Shown here: in pieces, positions 51,013 to 62,765 of the stretch
Layout: each line of letters starts with the position of its first letter
Numbering within the stretch: position 1 is the stretch's first letter
NCBI RefSeq assembly: GCF_006345805.1
Contig: NC_043011.1
Span: 14,644,464 to 14,708,463, forward strand
Direction of reading: 5' to 3'
Length of the DNA: 64,000 bases
DNA from: Octopus sinensis
Taxonomy: Eukaryota
Notes under the pieces: model-generated
Databases searched by the model: none
What the model was told of the DNA's origin: nothing
What the model saw: the letters and a program-made list of their open reading frames with translations, nothing else
Made by a program: the position numbers and the translations under genes

Positions 51013-51874
51013 CAGGTCGCGGTCTCAAAGCGACGAAAATATTTTGACAAATTAACTTTAAATGTTGAAGTGAATCTAACGGTTTTCGTGTGTTTCTTAA
51101 ATGGCTTATAAACACCTTCCACGCTGCAATTGTTTTCGTTCCAGCACACGATCTCAGATCATGTCACTCGCTATGCAAGTACATCTCCGTAACTCATAGG
51201 GTTGTTAAATATTTAGATAAATCTATTAACATAATTATCTAGCTAACTAAGATGGATGAAGAGGAAAGAGGATAAAGAGAAGTGATGTAGGGAAGTTAAT
51301 CAATGTTTGGGATGTTAAAATACAAAGACCACGAGCTCTGTAAAAAGAGCTATTTACAGATATCATAAATCTTCAGGACTGAAGCAAACGAAAATTCATC
51401 AGTCTAATGAAAATTTAAGAATCGAACAAAGGCAGAAGTATTTTCAGATTTTATCAATTCATCGTGATGAGTGAGGATTAGAGAGATGGAGAGATTTTAA
51501 ATCTGATTAAGTTTCATTGGTTTAAGTCCGCTATCAGGCGTCGGATGGATTTTAGCGGTATAAATCTAATCTGCTAATTGAAAAGGGGACCAGTAAAGCA
51601 CAGTGGTTAAAAACGAAAAATTTCATTCATTGAGCTTTCAATAACAGTTTTCTCTGTCAATCGTCATTAAATATTTCTTTTAACTAGAGAAAAAAAAAAC
51701 CCATAAAACACACACAAAAACTCTTCTTCGTCTCAGTAGCAACCATCTTCAGTGTTATATTTAGTCGTAGCATAATTGCAACAAAAGCAACAGCATTAAT
51801 AGCTACAACAGCCTCTCCATCACCACCAACACAACGATCGCCATTATCTCAATTACTAACGCAACCACCACGAG

Positions 51875-52119
51875 CACCACGACGACCACCACCACCACCA
51901 CCATTACCAACATCACATGCAATAATACCACAATACATCAACACTGCCAGCACAACCTCCTGCGTTAACAACATTGCGTCCACCACCACCACCACCACCA
52001 CCACCACCACCACAACCATCACCACTACTACGACGACCACTATCCACCCCCACATTTCTACTGTCACCATTAACGCTGTCATCTCCACCACATTATCTTC
52101 AACCATCAACTCACCTTAA

Positions 52120-52162
<43 letters not shown>

Positions 52163-52270
52163 TTACTACTACTACTACAATAATCACCGCCATCACCACC
52201 ATTACCATCACTACTACCACCACCAACACCACCTCCACCACCTCCACCACCACCACCACCACCATTGCCA
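51875..52270. repeat. Compound (ACC)n/(ACT)n trinucleotide region
   Basis: Direct reading. Confidence 0.85.
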
Positions 52271-52483
52271 CTTCCAATATCATCCGTCTTAATCCCCAGC
52301 ACCACCGTAACCGCCGTTAATCACCACATTGAACCTCACCACACAACAACAACAACAACAACGCTAAGATCACAATAACCTTAACAATATCAACAACAAT
52401 AATAATCATATTGTCATCTTTGTTCAGCTGAAGGCCAAACATCAACCATTGTACTATTTTAGAAGCATTTGGAGCTACAATAT

Positions 52484-52632
52484 CTTTTCTACTCTAGGCA
52501 CAAGGCCCGAAATTTTGCGGGGTGGGGCCAGTCGATTAGATCAACCCCAGTATGCAACTGGTACTTTATTTATCGACCTTGAAAGAATGAAAGGCCAAGC
52601 TGACCTCGGCGGAATTTGAACTCAGAACGTAA
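52484..52632 (-). mobile_element. 5'-truncated SINE B, tail type 1
   Basis: Matches 406-560. Confidence 0.85.
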
Positions 52633-53052
52633 TATTGATGTATTAAATATGGGCTTCACATTATCAAGCTGATATGATGAAATGTGAGATGCATTTGGCT
52701 GCTCTTTTTGCTGGGTCGTTCGCTGTAGTTCCAAGATGACTAAAAATATTTAATTCCTCCGTTCATCTCACTATTGTAGTTAATTCGAACGCAGCACTGT
52801 ATGTTCCGAGTGCAATGGATCATCAGGGTAACACTTTATTACATTCTGTCACGATCTAATATAACAAGTCAACTACAGGGGTCATCGAACCACTATAGGG
52901 GAAGTTGATTGGATAATGTTAATTTATAGGGAGCTCTAACTCACTGTAGTAGTCGTACATGTAACTGTTCACACACTTTATATGTGCTTATATATATATA
53001 TATATATATATAGTGGCGTCCGTACACTTTGTCCCCCCTCTCTCTCTCTCTC

Positions 53053-53105
<53 letters not shown>

Positions 53106-53355
53106 TATAGTTTGTGTCTGTGTATGTGGCTCTAAGTGTATATGCATATGTAATACGTTACCATCACTGGTGTATCCATTCGAGTGCGGAATGAAGTTTC
53201 AGGGTTTAAACGCCCCGAAACTATGCTGATCCAGGTTCCCATGGCTGAAGAGCGGTGTTCTATGTTTAATTAAACGTATTTTTCTGTTAAGCGTCTTCCA
53301 TGCAGTCTCACTGTTTTGACGGTATTCATTTCTAGCGCAGTTTCGTTTATCACTG

Positions 53356-53661
53356 TTGTTTTTCCTTCTCGAGCCACGCTTGGCTCATAAGGGCCGGTTT
53401 TCCGGTTTCCTTGGCGTATAGATTCCCCACCTGGACGGGACGCCGGTCCGTCGCAGGTGAGCTGCGAGATGCAGGAGGAAAGAGTGAGAGAAAGTTGTGG
53501 CGAAAGAGTCAGCAGAAGTTTCGCCATTACCTTCTGCCGGAGCCGCGTGGAGCTTAGGTGTTTCGCTCATAAACACGTACATCGCCCGGTCTGAGATTCG
53601 AACCCGCGATCCCTCGACCGCGAGTCCGCTGCTCTAACCACTAGGCCATGTGCCTCCACAC
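53356..53661 (-). mobile_element. SINE family C
   Basis: Full copy. TSD CGTTTATCACTG at 53344-55 and 53662-73. Confidence 0.92.
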
Positions 53662-54116
53662 CGTTTATCACTGCCCACCCATAAATGCTCTTGCTCTTTC
53701 ACGGTGATTAGTATATCTTTTCGCCCAGCTGTTTCTTCCTTCCTCACTCTCACTGTCTTTCGCTCTGCTTTTGTTATTTGCTCTCACTTGTCCCTAACTC
53801 ATTTCCTCCTCATTTTATCATTTTCTATTCCTCTCTCATCTCTTCTCATTCTTTCAAATTTCTTTCGTGGACCATGCTGCTGCTACTACTACTACTACTA
53901 CTACTACTACTGGTTTAAATTCAATTTTACTGCTTTTTCACTCGACCTTTCTCACACTGAACTTTGTTCAGCTTATCTTATGAAGACGCTGCGCTCATTA
54001 AAGTTAGATCATATTCCTATCTTCTTATTCGCCTCGCTACCTCTTTCTTTTCCATCCTCTCACTCTTCCTCTCTAGCTACATGCTCACATTGGATCTCAC
54101 TCAGGCTTCATTGCAT

Positions 54117-54231
54117 TTTCTTTCTTCTTCTTTCTTTCTTTCTTTCATTCTTTCTTTCTTTCATTCTTTCTTTCTTTCCTTTCTTTCTTTCTTTCTTTCT
54201 TTCCTTTCTTCCTTCCTTTCTATCCTTCTCT

Positions 54232-54266
<35 letters not shown>

Positions 54267-54390
54267 ATCCTTCTTTTCTTTCTTTCTATCCATCTTTTCT
54301 TTCTTTCTTTCTTTCTTTCTTTCTCTTTCTTTCTTTCTATCCTTCTTTTCTTTCTATCCTTCTTTTCTTTCTTTCTATCCATCTTTTCAT

Positions 54391-54433
<43 letters not shown>

Positions 54434-54543
54434 ATCCTTCTTTTCTTTCTTCTTTCTTTTTCTATCCTTCTTTTCGTTCTTTCTTTCTTTCTTTCTATCC
54501 TTCTTTTCTTCCTTTCTTTCTTTCTTTCTTTCTATCCTTCTTT

Positions 54544-54586
<43 letters not shown>

Positions 54587-54744
54587 ATCCTTCTTTTCTT
54601 TCTTTCTTTCTTTCTTTCTTTCTATCCTTCTTTTCTTTCTATCCTTCTTTTCTTTCTTTCTATCCATCTTTTCTTTCTTTCTTTCTTTCTTTCTTTCTAT
54701 CCTTCTTTTCTTTCTTTCTTTCTTTCTTTCTATCCTTCTTTTCT

Positions 54745-54781
<37 letters not shown>

Positions 54782-54860
54782 TATCCTTCTTTTCTTTCTT
54801 TCTTTCTATCCTTCTTTTCTTTCTTCTTTCTTTCTTCTTCTTTCTTCTTTCTATCTCTTT

Positions 54861-54899
<39 letters not shown>

Positions 54900-55157
54900 A
54901 TCCTTCTTTTCTTTCTTTCTTTCTTTCTTTCCTTCTTTCTTTCTTTTTTCTTTCATTCTTTCTTTCTTTCTTTCTTTCTATCCTTCTTTTCTTTTTTCTT
55001 CTTTCTTTCTTTCTTTCTTTCTTTTCTTTCATTCTGTCTTTTCTTTCTTTCTTTCTTTCTTTCTTTCTACCCTTCTTTCCTTCTTTCTTTCTATCCTTCT
55101 TTTCTTTCTTTCTTTCTTTCTTTCTTTTCTTTCTTTCTGTATTTTCTTTCTGTCTTT

Positions 55158-55212
<55 letters not shown>
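54117..55212. repeat. About 1.1-kb (TTTC)n polypyrimidine tract with recurrent TATCC interruptions
   Basis: Direct reading. Explains the 542-aa and 450-aa Phe/Leu/Ser ORFs. Confidence 0.95.
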
Positions 55213-56056
55213 CTCTCACATTTTTCTTCCAACCAACTTCTACTACAACAAACACCTCTGTTCCTTCATTCACGCTAGCTTTCTCTCTGTTTGTTTTTTT
55301 CTCTGTTGACTGGTAAGACAAATACTCTCGTATTTCTGTTGAACTGTATAACCTGTATTTTTGCCGTTAATTTCCTGTCTTCCTCCAATGTCGGCGCTCT
55401 CCGTGTTAAGATTCCTTTTTCCTTTGTAATGGTCCGCATCCCTGTAATGTTTTACCATTACTCGAGCATTCAGATAATTAGTCGCGTGAGATAAAGTACC
55501 GAAAATACGCTGATTCTGGTCCCTATCCGTGATTGATGAGAGGTGTTCATACATAATCGTCTTCTTCGTTTATCATTTTCCCATATTGTCTCATGATATT
55601 TGGACAGTGAGATAACACACAAAAAGACACACAGACACACACAGACACACACACACACACACGCACACGCACACACACACACGCACACACGATAGTTGCC
55701 CATGTGCCATGTAGAGGCATCGATTCGCAACCTCATGGTTGAGGAACAAACTCTTTAACCACATGGCTATGTCTGCGTGATATAGCAATGTAATTAGCAA
55801 CGTAGTACAAAATGTAAAATCTATTGTCATGTGATCTGAAGTGAGTGTAAATAGTGCCTAATTTACATATTCCAATGTATTCCATTCCTTCACTCAATTA
55901 TCTTGCCAAAATCCATAAAATATTTTCGACTTATACTTGTTCACTGACTGTCTTCCTGCGCAGCAATTCTTCTGGCTAGATCCATAAAGTATGTCTTATT
56001 AGCTACAAACCGAACTTTTGCAAGAGTAAAATTTATTTGAAGCGACTCCTTGCGCT

Positions 56057-56280
56057 ATTTACTCTTTTACCCTTTTACTTGTTTCAGTCATTTGACTGCG
56101 GCCATGCTGGAGCACCGCCTTTATAGTCGAGCAAATCGACCCCAGGACTTATTCTTTGTAAGCCTAGTACTTGTTCTATCGGTGTCTTTTGCCGAACCGC
56201 TAAGTTACGGGGACGTACACAAACCAGTATCGGTTGTCAAGCGAGGTTGGGGGGACAAATACAAACACACAATCACACAA

Positions 56281-56321
<41 letters not shown>

Positions 56322-57841
56322 GATATATATATATATATATATATAATTAATCAATATAGGGTGGCAAAAAAATTTTGTAGAATTTTTTTTCCACCAGCGG
56401 CCTAGTGGGAAAAAATTAAATAGTCATATACCATTTTTAAGTTCAACATCACAATCAAGGAACGGCCATAATAGGCCATTCACCCACTAGAAATAACAGC
56501 CAAAAGCTTTAACCGCAAAATAACATCAATTCCGTTAAAACAGGAGAAAATTAAAAAACATTTACCCTGTAATTTCTTATACGATGCACCGTTTCATCTA
56601 CTGTTTAATGGTAAACTAACCTGATTAAATTAAATCAAGCCAATCTACATAGGCCCTTAGATTCATCAGTAAGAAATAGCCAAGTCGGAACAGATATTTT
56701 TCACGAGGCATTCCGTCCCTGCCTCGGCAATATCTGACCTAAAATTTTCAAATCATCGCTCTCGCGCCAAATTTATCGGCAGCAAATAAATATAAGCCGC
56801 CGATTCCATTACGGAATTAACCAGAAAATTCATTAATTAATCAATATAGGGTGGCAAAAAAATTTTGTAGAATTTTTTTGCCACCAGCGGCCTAGTGGGA
56901 AAAAATTAAATAGTCATATACCATTTTTAAGTTCAACATCACAATCAAGGAACGGCCATAATAGGCCATTCACCACTAGAAATAACAGCCAAAAGCTTTA
57001 ACCGCAAAATAACATCAATCCGTAAAACAGGAGAAAATTAAAAAACAATTTACCCTGTAATTTCTTATACGATGCACCGTTCATTACTGTTAATGGTAAA
57101 CTAACCTGATTAAATTAAATCAAGCCAATCTACCATAGGCCTTAGATTCATCAGTAAGAAATAGCCAAGTCGGAACAGATATTTTTCACGAGGCATTCCC
57201 GTCCCTGCCTCCGGTGGCAAAAAAATTCTACAAAATTTTTTTGCCACCCTATATTGATTAATTATGAATTTTCTGGTTAATTCCGTAATGGAATCGGCGG
57301 CTTATATTTATTTGCTGCCGATAAATTTGGCGCGAGTGCGATGATTTGAAAATTTTAGGTCAGATATTGCCGAGGCAGGGACGGGAATGGCTCGTGAAAA
57401 ATATCTGTTCCGACTTGGCTATTTCTTACTGATGAATCTAAGGGCCTATGGTAGATTGGCTTGATTTAATTTAATCAGGTTAGTTTACCATTAAACAGTG
57501 ATGAAACGGTGCTCGTATAAGAAATTACAGGGTAAATGTTTTTTAATTTTCTCCTGTTTTACGGAATTGATGTTATTTTGCGGTTAAAGCTTTTGGGCGT
57601 TTATTTTTCTAGTGGGTGAATGGCCTATTATGGCCGTTCCTTGATTGTGATATATATATATATATATATACTTATTTACGATATGTTTCTTCCAGTTTCC
57701 GTCAACCAAATCCACTCACAAGGCTTTGGTCGGCCCGAGGCTATAGTAGAAAAAATTGACCAAGGTGCCACGCAGTGGGACTGAACCCGGAACCATGTGG
57801 TTCATAAGCAAGCTACTTACCACACAGCCACTCCTGCGCCT
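56057..57841 (-). mobile_element. SINE A split at its internal (TA)n by a 1.3-kb insert
   Basis: 3' half at 56057-56345 and 5' half at 57652-57841, both colinear with 48093-48500. Confidence 0.9.
56346..57651. repeat. Tandem-plus-inverted array of a 490-bp unit
   Basis: Unit 1 at 56346-56835, partial unit 2 at 56836-57211, then 57213-57651 as the reverse complement of 56447-56885. Internal hairpin GGTGGCAAAAAAA..TTTTTTTGCCACC. Confidence 0.92.
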
Positions 57842-57967
57842 ATTTGAATATATTTTGCATAGATTCCGACACGATTTGCACTAAGATTTCATGGATGCTT
57901 AAAATCGTAAATTCCACAATCCAGCACACTTCTGCCAACGAAAATGATATTAATCACCAGCATAGAT

Positions 57968-58168
57968 AAGGCGGCGATCAAGCAGAATCTTTTGCCCACG
58001 CTTAGCGGCATTTCATCTGTCTTTACGTCCTGAGGTCAAATTCCGCAGAGGTCGACTTTGCCTATCATCCTTTTGGAATCGATAAAATAAGTACCAGTTG
58101 AGCACTGGGGTCGATCTAATCGACTTATCCCTTTTCAGAACTTGCTGGCCTCGTGCTGCCAGAACTTG
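57968..58168 (+). mobile_element. Diverged SINE B
   Basis: AAGGCGGCGA..AGCAGAATC; GAGGTCGACTTTGCCT.TCATCC; CACTGGGGTCGATCTAATCGAC. Confidence 0.8.
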
Positions 58169-58299
58169 AAAGCAACTACTAACATGGATACATTGCTATA
58201 GAGTAATACGTAACAGCTGATGTCCCCATCAACCGATTCTATCATGGGATTTCCTCTCCCTTGTCTTTCTTTTAAACGGGATGGAGAGTTTTCCTCTGT

Positions 58300-59330
58300 C
58301 AGCCGACTGTGGCGTAAGTGATTGCATAGTAGGCACTATTAACAAGATTGAAGCTATAACTTTCAAACGCGGTCAGTGTTTCACTTGAACAAGAGTGAGA
58401 GCCAAAAGGCCAAGTACTGCCATTCATTGAATTTATGGAAAAGGCTGTGTGAAAATACAGGTGTAGACTGAAGAGAACACACCTGGGCGAGCACTTGTTC
58501 TTGGATGTAAGGAAATCATGCATTTGTCAGGTTTTCTTGATTAACCCATTCCTGTTCCCCTCCTCGACCATATTAGGACAAATCGTTACCGGGTACTTTT
58601 TCAATATCCCTTTAGTAATTCTACTGGAAGCCGTTATCCAAAACCTAAAATGTTTGGATACATCTCTGACAGTGATTCTTTATGCTGTCCTAATATTACA
58701 AACTATACGAAAGAAATCACGTATCGAAATTACTGATATATATATACCGAGTTTCTTCCTGGTCGCTCAATCTACTAAAACTAGTAAAGAGAGCAGCAAC
58801 ATTTTTTTCTCTTCATGCCTTTCGCACACCTTTCTTTGCCATGAATGTTTACTCCCCACCCCATGCTAGGTTCTGCACGCTACTTGAAAAATTTGCCCGG
58901 TCTTGGGACGGATACCTCTATCAGCCGTGTCCATAGTGATGGTTGCCTCGCTGAATTCCTTTAATTGGACAAGCAAAGCAGTTTTATTTTGCCTTGTGGT
59001 AGTGGCGAAAGAGGTTGCCTGGTGGACGAGATTGAAAGGCATGAGGACAGATACATTCCTCTTTGGTAGAGGCCTCATCGACTTTTTCAAGTTTCACTTG
59101 AAAAGGAAGTTGAGGGCGAAGAGGGAAGTACTGTCCTCGAGTGAGATTATTGAAAAGTGAGTGAAAGTTGCAGAAATGGCAAGAGTGGGTTGTATCTCTC
59201 TACGTGTAGAGCTGTAAGCCGGAGAAAACGAATTGGAGATCTTGGACGGTGGGGTTCTTCGATCATCTCTAGAGATCATCCTGTACCTGGACTTCATCAC
59301 TATCATTTTCTCAACCTTTTTTAACCTATG
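58300..59330 (-). mobile_element. Possible decayed LINE ORF1 (I/Jockey-group gag-like), interrupted at about 58573-58860
   Basis: FSIISLEDSTSLFALNFLFK*NLKKSMRPLPKRNVSVL...ALLVQLKEFSEATITM..RGIRPKTGQIF loosely follows the ORF1 RRM-region pattern. Possible knuckle remnant KCSPRCV. Pattern recognition only. Confidence 0.3.
58573..58804 (+). repeat. Duplicate of the tRNA-flanking block at 62279-62840, lacking the tRNA and SINE
   Basis: 58573-58726 matches 62279-62432 and 58739-58804 matches 62775-62840. Confidence 0.9.
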
Positions 59331-59368
59331 TATACTATGTATGTATACATTTCTTTTCATTGTATACC

Positions 59369-59784
59369 TATTTCTTTACTACCCACAAGGAGCTAAACAC
59401 AGAGAGGACAAACAAAAACAGACAAACGGACTAAGATGATTACATGGACCCCAGTGCATAACTAGAACTTCTTTAATCGACTGCGATAAGATGAAAGGCA
59501 AAGTCGACCTCAGCAGAATTTGAACTCAGAACGTAACGGCAGACGAAATACCTATTTCTTTACTACCACAAGGGGCTAAACATAGAGAGAACAAACAGGG
59601 ACAGACAAACGGATTGAGTCGATTACAACGACCCCAGTGCGAAACTTGTACTTAATTTACCGACCCTGAAAGAATGAAAGGCAAAGTCGACCTCGACGGA
59701 TTTTGAACTCAGAACGTAACGGCAGACGAAATACCGCTAAGCATTTCGCCCGGCGTGCTAACGTTTCTGCCAGCTCACCACCTT
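59369..59784 (-). mobile_element. SINE B dimer (tail 2 plus headless tail 2)
   Basis: Junction AAAGAAATAGGTATTTCGTCTG at about 59550. Flanking 16-bp repeat CTTTTCATTGTAT(A/G)CC at 59353-68 and 59797-812. Confidence 0.92.
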
Positions 59785-60851
59785 ATAATTGTATGCCTTT
59801 TCATTGTATGCCGTGTATACTTACGCCTTTTTTCTTTATTGTTTTTTGTCATTTATTTATTTTACCATTACATCATATGTTAGCCCCAATACTTTGTGTC
59901 TGTTTTTGCATCGTCCCCCCCTCATCCTTCACCCTGGTGACAAATAAAAGAAATCACCACCGCCGTCGTCGTCGCTGTCGTTGATGTTATTTTTAATCAA
60001 GTTTTCAGCAATTTTATACGAGTTTCTATTGCGCCGTCATGAACACATCCATGTTCCGACACACATGAACCATTGACTGAAAAATGTAGAAACGTGTTTG
60101 TATACTATATTAATTTCGCTTTGTTGTGGAATCTATTTTGTTGTTCCTGAGGTTAATTTAACAGAATTTTATTCTGTTATGTGGAATATATGCGATGTGA
60201 GTTGTGTTATTTTGATGGGCGATGTTTCTATTTCGTATGTATTGTGTGATTCGTGTGATGTGTTTTAGTATTAGACATCGATTGTGGATAGCACGGCCTG
60301 TGTGAATAGAGTGTTATATTAATGGGTGACTGCTGTGCATAAAATGTGAGTTGTATGAAATGATAGTGATGTAGTAAGTATTGGATATCGATTATGTAAG
60401 AATATGCGTTGTCCCAGTTTATTGAGTGGCTGTTATATAAATTACATACTGTGTACAGAGAGACATGTATTGTTGAAATGGAAGTGTGAAGTGTAGGACG
60501 CGGGCTGTGCTTAGCAGGGATATATTTTGGATAGTGTAATGTTGTGCACCCGAGTATAGTTTGTATAATCTTAGTATGTCTATGATACTGTTTTCACTTT
60601 CGACAGGCAGAATCAGTAGAAGACCAAGAAGAATATCCTGCAGTATTGTTTCAAGTTCTTTACAATCTGCATTTGTATCTCTTCTATGTCAACTTTCACT
60701 TTCATTCTTTCAAGGGCAGATAAAATAGAGAACCGCTAAGTACTGAAGTATATTTAATCGACTACTCTATCCCTCGATTTTAGGTGTTCTGCTAAAATTA
60801 GAGCAGTTAGTATTGTTATTGTTAGTTAGCCTTATGCCTAAATTATTTCTC

Positions 60852-61272
60852 AGGCGGCAAGCTGACAATGTCTCTAGCATGCCAGACACAATGCTTAGCG
60901 GCATATCTTCTGCTTTTCAACCTTTTGGGAGTCGATAAAATAAATACCTATTTCTTTATTACCCACAAGGGGCTAAACACAGAGAGGACAAACAAGGACA
61001 GACAAACGGATTAAGTCGATTACATCGACCCCAGTGCGTAACTGGTACTTAATTTATCGACCCTGAAAGGATGAAAGGCAAAGTCGACATCGGCGGAATT
61101 TGAACTCAGAACGTAACGGCAGACGAAATACGGCTACGCATTTCGCCCGGCGTGCTAACGTTTCTGCCAGCTCGCCGCCTTCGGTAAAAAAAATACCAGT
61201 TTAGCACTGGGGTCGATGGAATCAATTTCCTCCTTCCCTCAAAATTACTGGCCTTGTGTCAAAATTAGAAAT
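60852..61272 (+). mobile_element. Old SINE B (tail 1) containing an antisense young SINE B (60949-61180)
   Basis: TSD TCG(A/G)TAAAA(T/A)AAATACC at 60932-48 and 61181-97. The host core resumes after the insert. Confidence 0.92.
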
Positions 61273-62435
61273 AACGATTATCATTATTTCTATGCAGATT
61301 TTGCTTCAATGTTTATGAGAAAAATCGATCGAACGATTTCCAAAAATTGTTCATCATACGAACAAATTTAAAACCAAGCTTTAATTTTGTTTAAAAGATG
61401 AGCTAATTTGTCATATTGATCTTGCTTATCGGACATTATGCAAGTCTGGTTTATCATTCAATGATTTTAAACGAATTACATATATTGTATACTGTTTTCG
61501 AAAAAATATTATAAGATTTCCAAAGGAAACAATTGCGAATTTAGTGGTTATAAGTGGTTCAAGTGCAAATTCGAGTGTTTGGTAAAGATTAAATTCCATG
61601 TATTTTAAATCGAATATTTCTGGTTATGTTTTATAATATTTTCAATATTCTTTTGTGGCTGCACATATTCAACTTATCTTGGTTTTCATCATTCATATCT
61701 AGTACTTTGCTTTTATCAATATTGTCTTTTTGTTTACGTCAAGAATTGAAGGAACATCGTGACATAATGGATTTATGAAATTATTGTAACATATTGCGGA
61801 AATGATATCAGAATAATCGTAATATGTAGTAGTTTGCTTGTTTTCTCGTTATCTTTTAATTAGCTTATTTCGAATTCTGTCCTAAAATAGACATCAAATC
61901 CCGTGAAAGGAAATCTTACATGTAAAATGTGATAAAGTTAGAACTTAAAATTATCTATTCACACACAAAACACATATCTTCATTGTTAACAGGTGTATAT
62001 TTTTTTAACTGTAACTAAAATTGAATAACGTTGATATCTTTAAAATACATAAAAGAGATAATAGCACAAAAATGTATTGATAAGTGTGCTTAAGGGAGAT
62101 GAATTTGTAATAAGTGATAGCACACAGAGATTTAACATATAAAATTTTGACATTTATACGCTGAGATCATGGCTCACCAGAGCTGGTGTTAACTTTTATT
62201 CATATGCCATGAATAAAATGATTACCAGTATTATACCTAGGTTGATCTAATGGATGGTAGTTAATTGACCTAAGCCAATTAGAACAAATCGTTACCGGGT
62301 ACTTTTTCAATATCCCTTTAGTAATTCAACTGGAAACTGTTATCCAAAACCTAAAATGTTTGGATACATCTCTGACAGTGATTCTTTATACTGTCCCAAT
62401 ATTACAAACTATACGAAAAAAATCACGTATCGCAT

Positions 62436-62508
62436 AGACCCATGGTGTAGTGGTTATCACATCTGCTTCACACGCAGAAGGTCGTGAGTTCGAAACTCAC
62501 TGCAACCT
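62436..62508 (+). tRNA. tRNA-Val(CAC)-like gene with disrupted acceptor stem (probable pseudogene)
   Basis: D arm GTGTAGTGGTTATCAC. Anticodon arm TCTGC-TTCACAC-GCAGA. T arm GTGAG-TTCGAAA-CTCAC, fully paired. Acceptor strands AGACCCA and TGCAACC pair at only 3 of 7 positions. T-run about 15 nt downstream; no encoded CCA. Confidence 0.85.
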
Positions 62509-62533
62509 GTTCGTGTCTTTCATTTTTTTTTTT

Positions 62534-62765
62534 AAGGCGGCGAGCTGGCAGAATCGTTAGCACGCCAGGCGAAATGATTAGCGGTATTTCGTTTGCCGCT
62601 ACGTTCTGATTTCAAATTCCGTCGAGGTCGACTTTGCCTTTCATCCTTTCGTGATCGATTAAATAAGTACCAGTTACGCACTGGGGTCGATGTAATCGGC
62701 TTAATCCATTTGTCTGTCCTTGTTTGTACACTCTGTGTTTATCCCCTTGTGGGTAGTAAAGAAAT
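62534..62765 (+). mobile_element. SINE B, tail type 2
   Basis: Full head, core and tail directly after the tRNA T-run. Confidence 0.92.

Noticed and set aside
51012-51050. Hammerhead-like half: GTCGC-loop-GCGAC GAAA ATAT TT
   Set aside because: The CUGANGA strand and stem I are missing (replaced by microsatellite), so a ribozyme cannot be supported.
53650-55316. 542-aa and 450-aa ORFs
   Set aside because: They are translations of the (TTTC)n tract, which lacks stops because of its composition.
61300-62270. AT-rich, coding-like decayed sequence
   Set aside because: No open frame of 60 aa or more and no recognisable motif.
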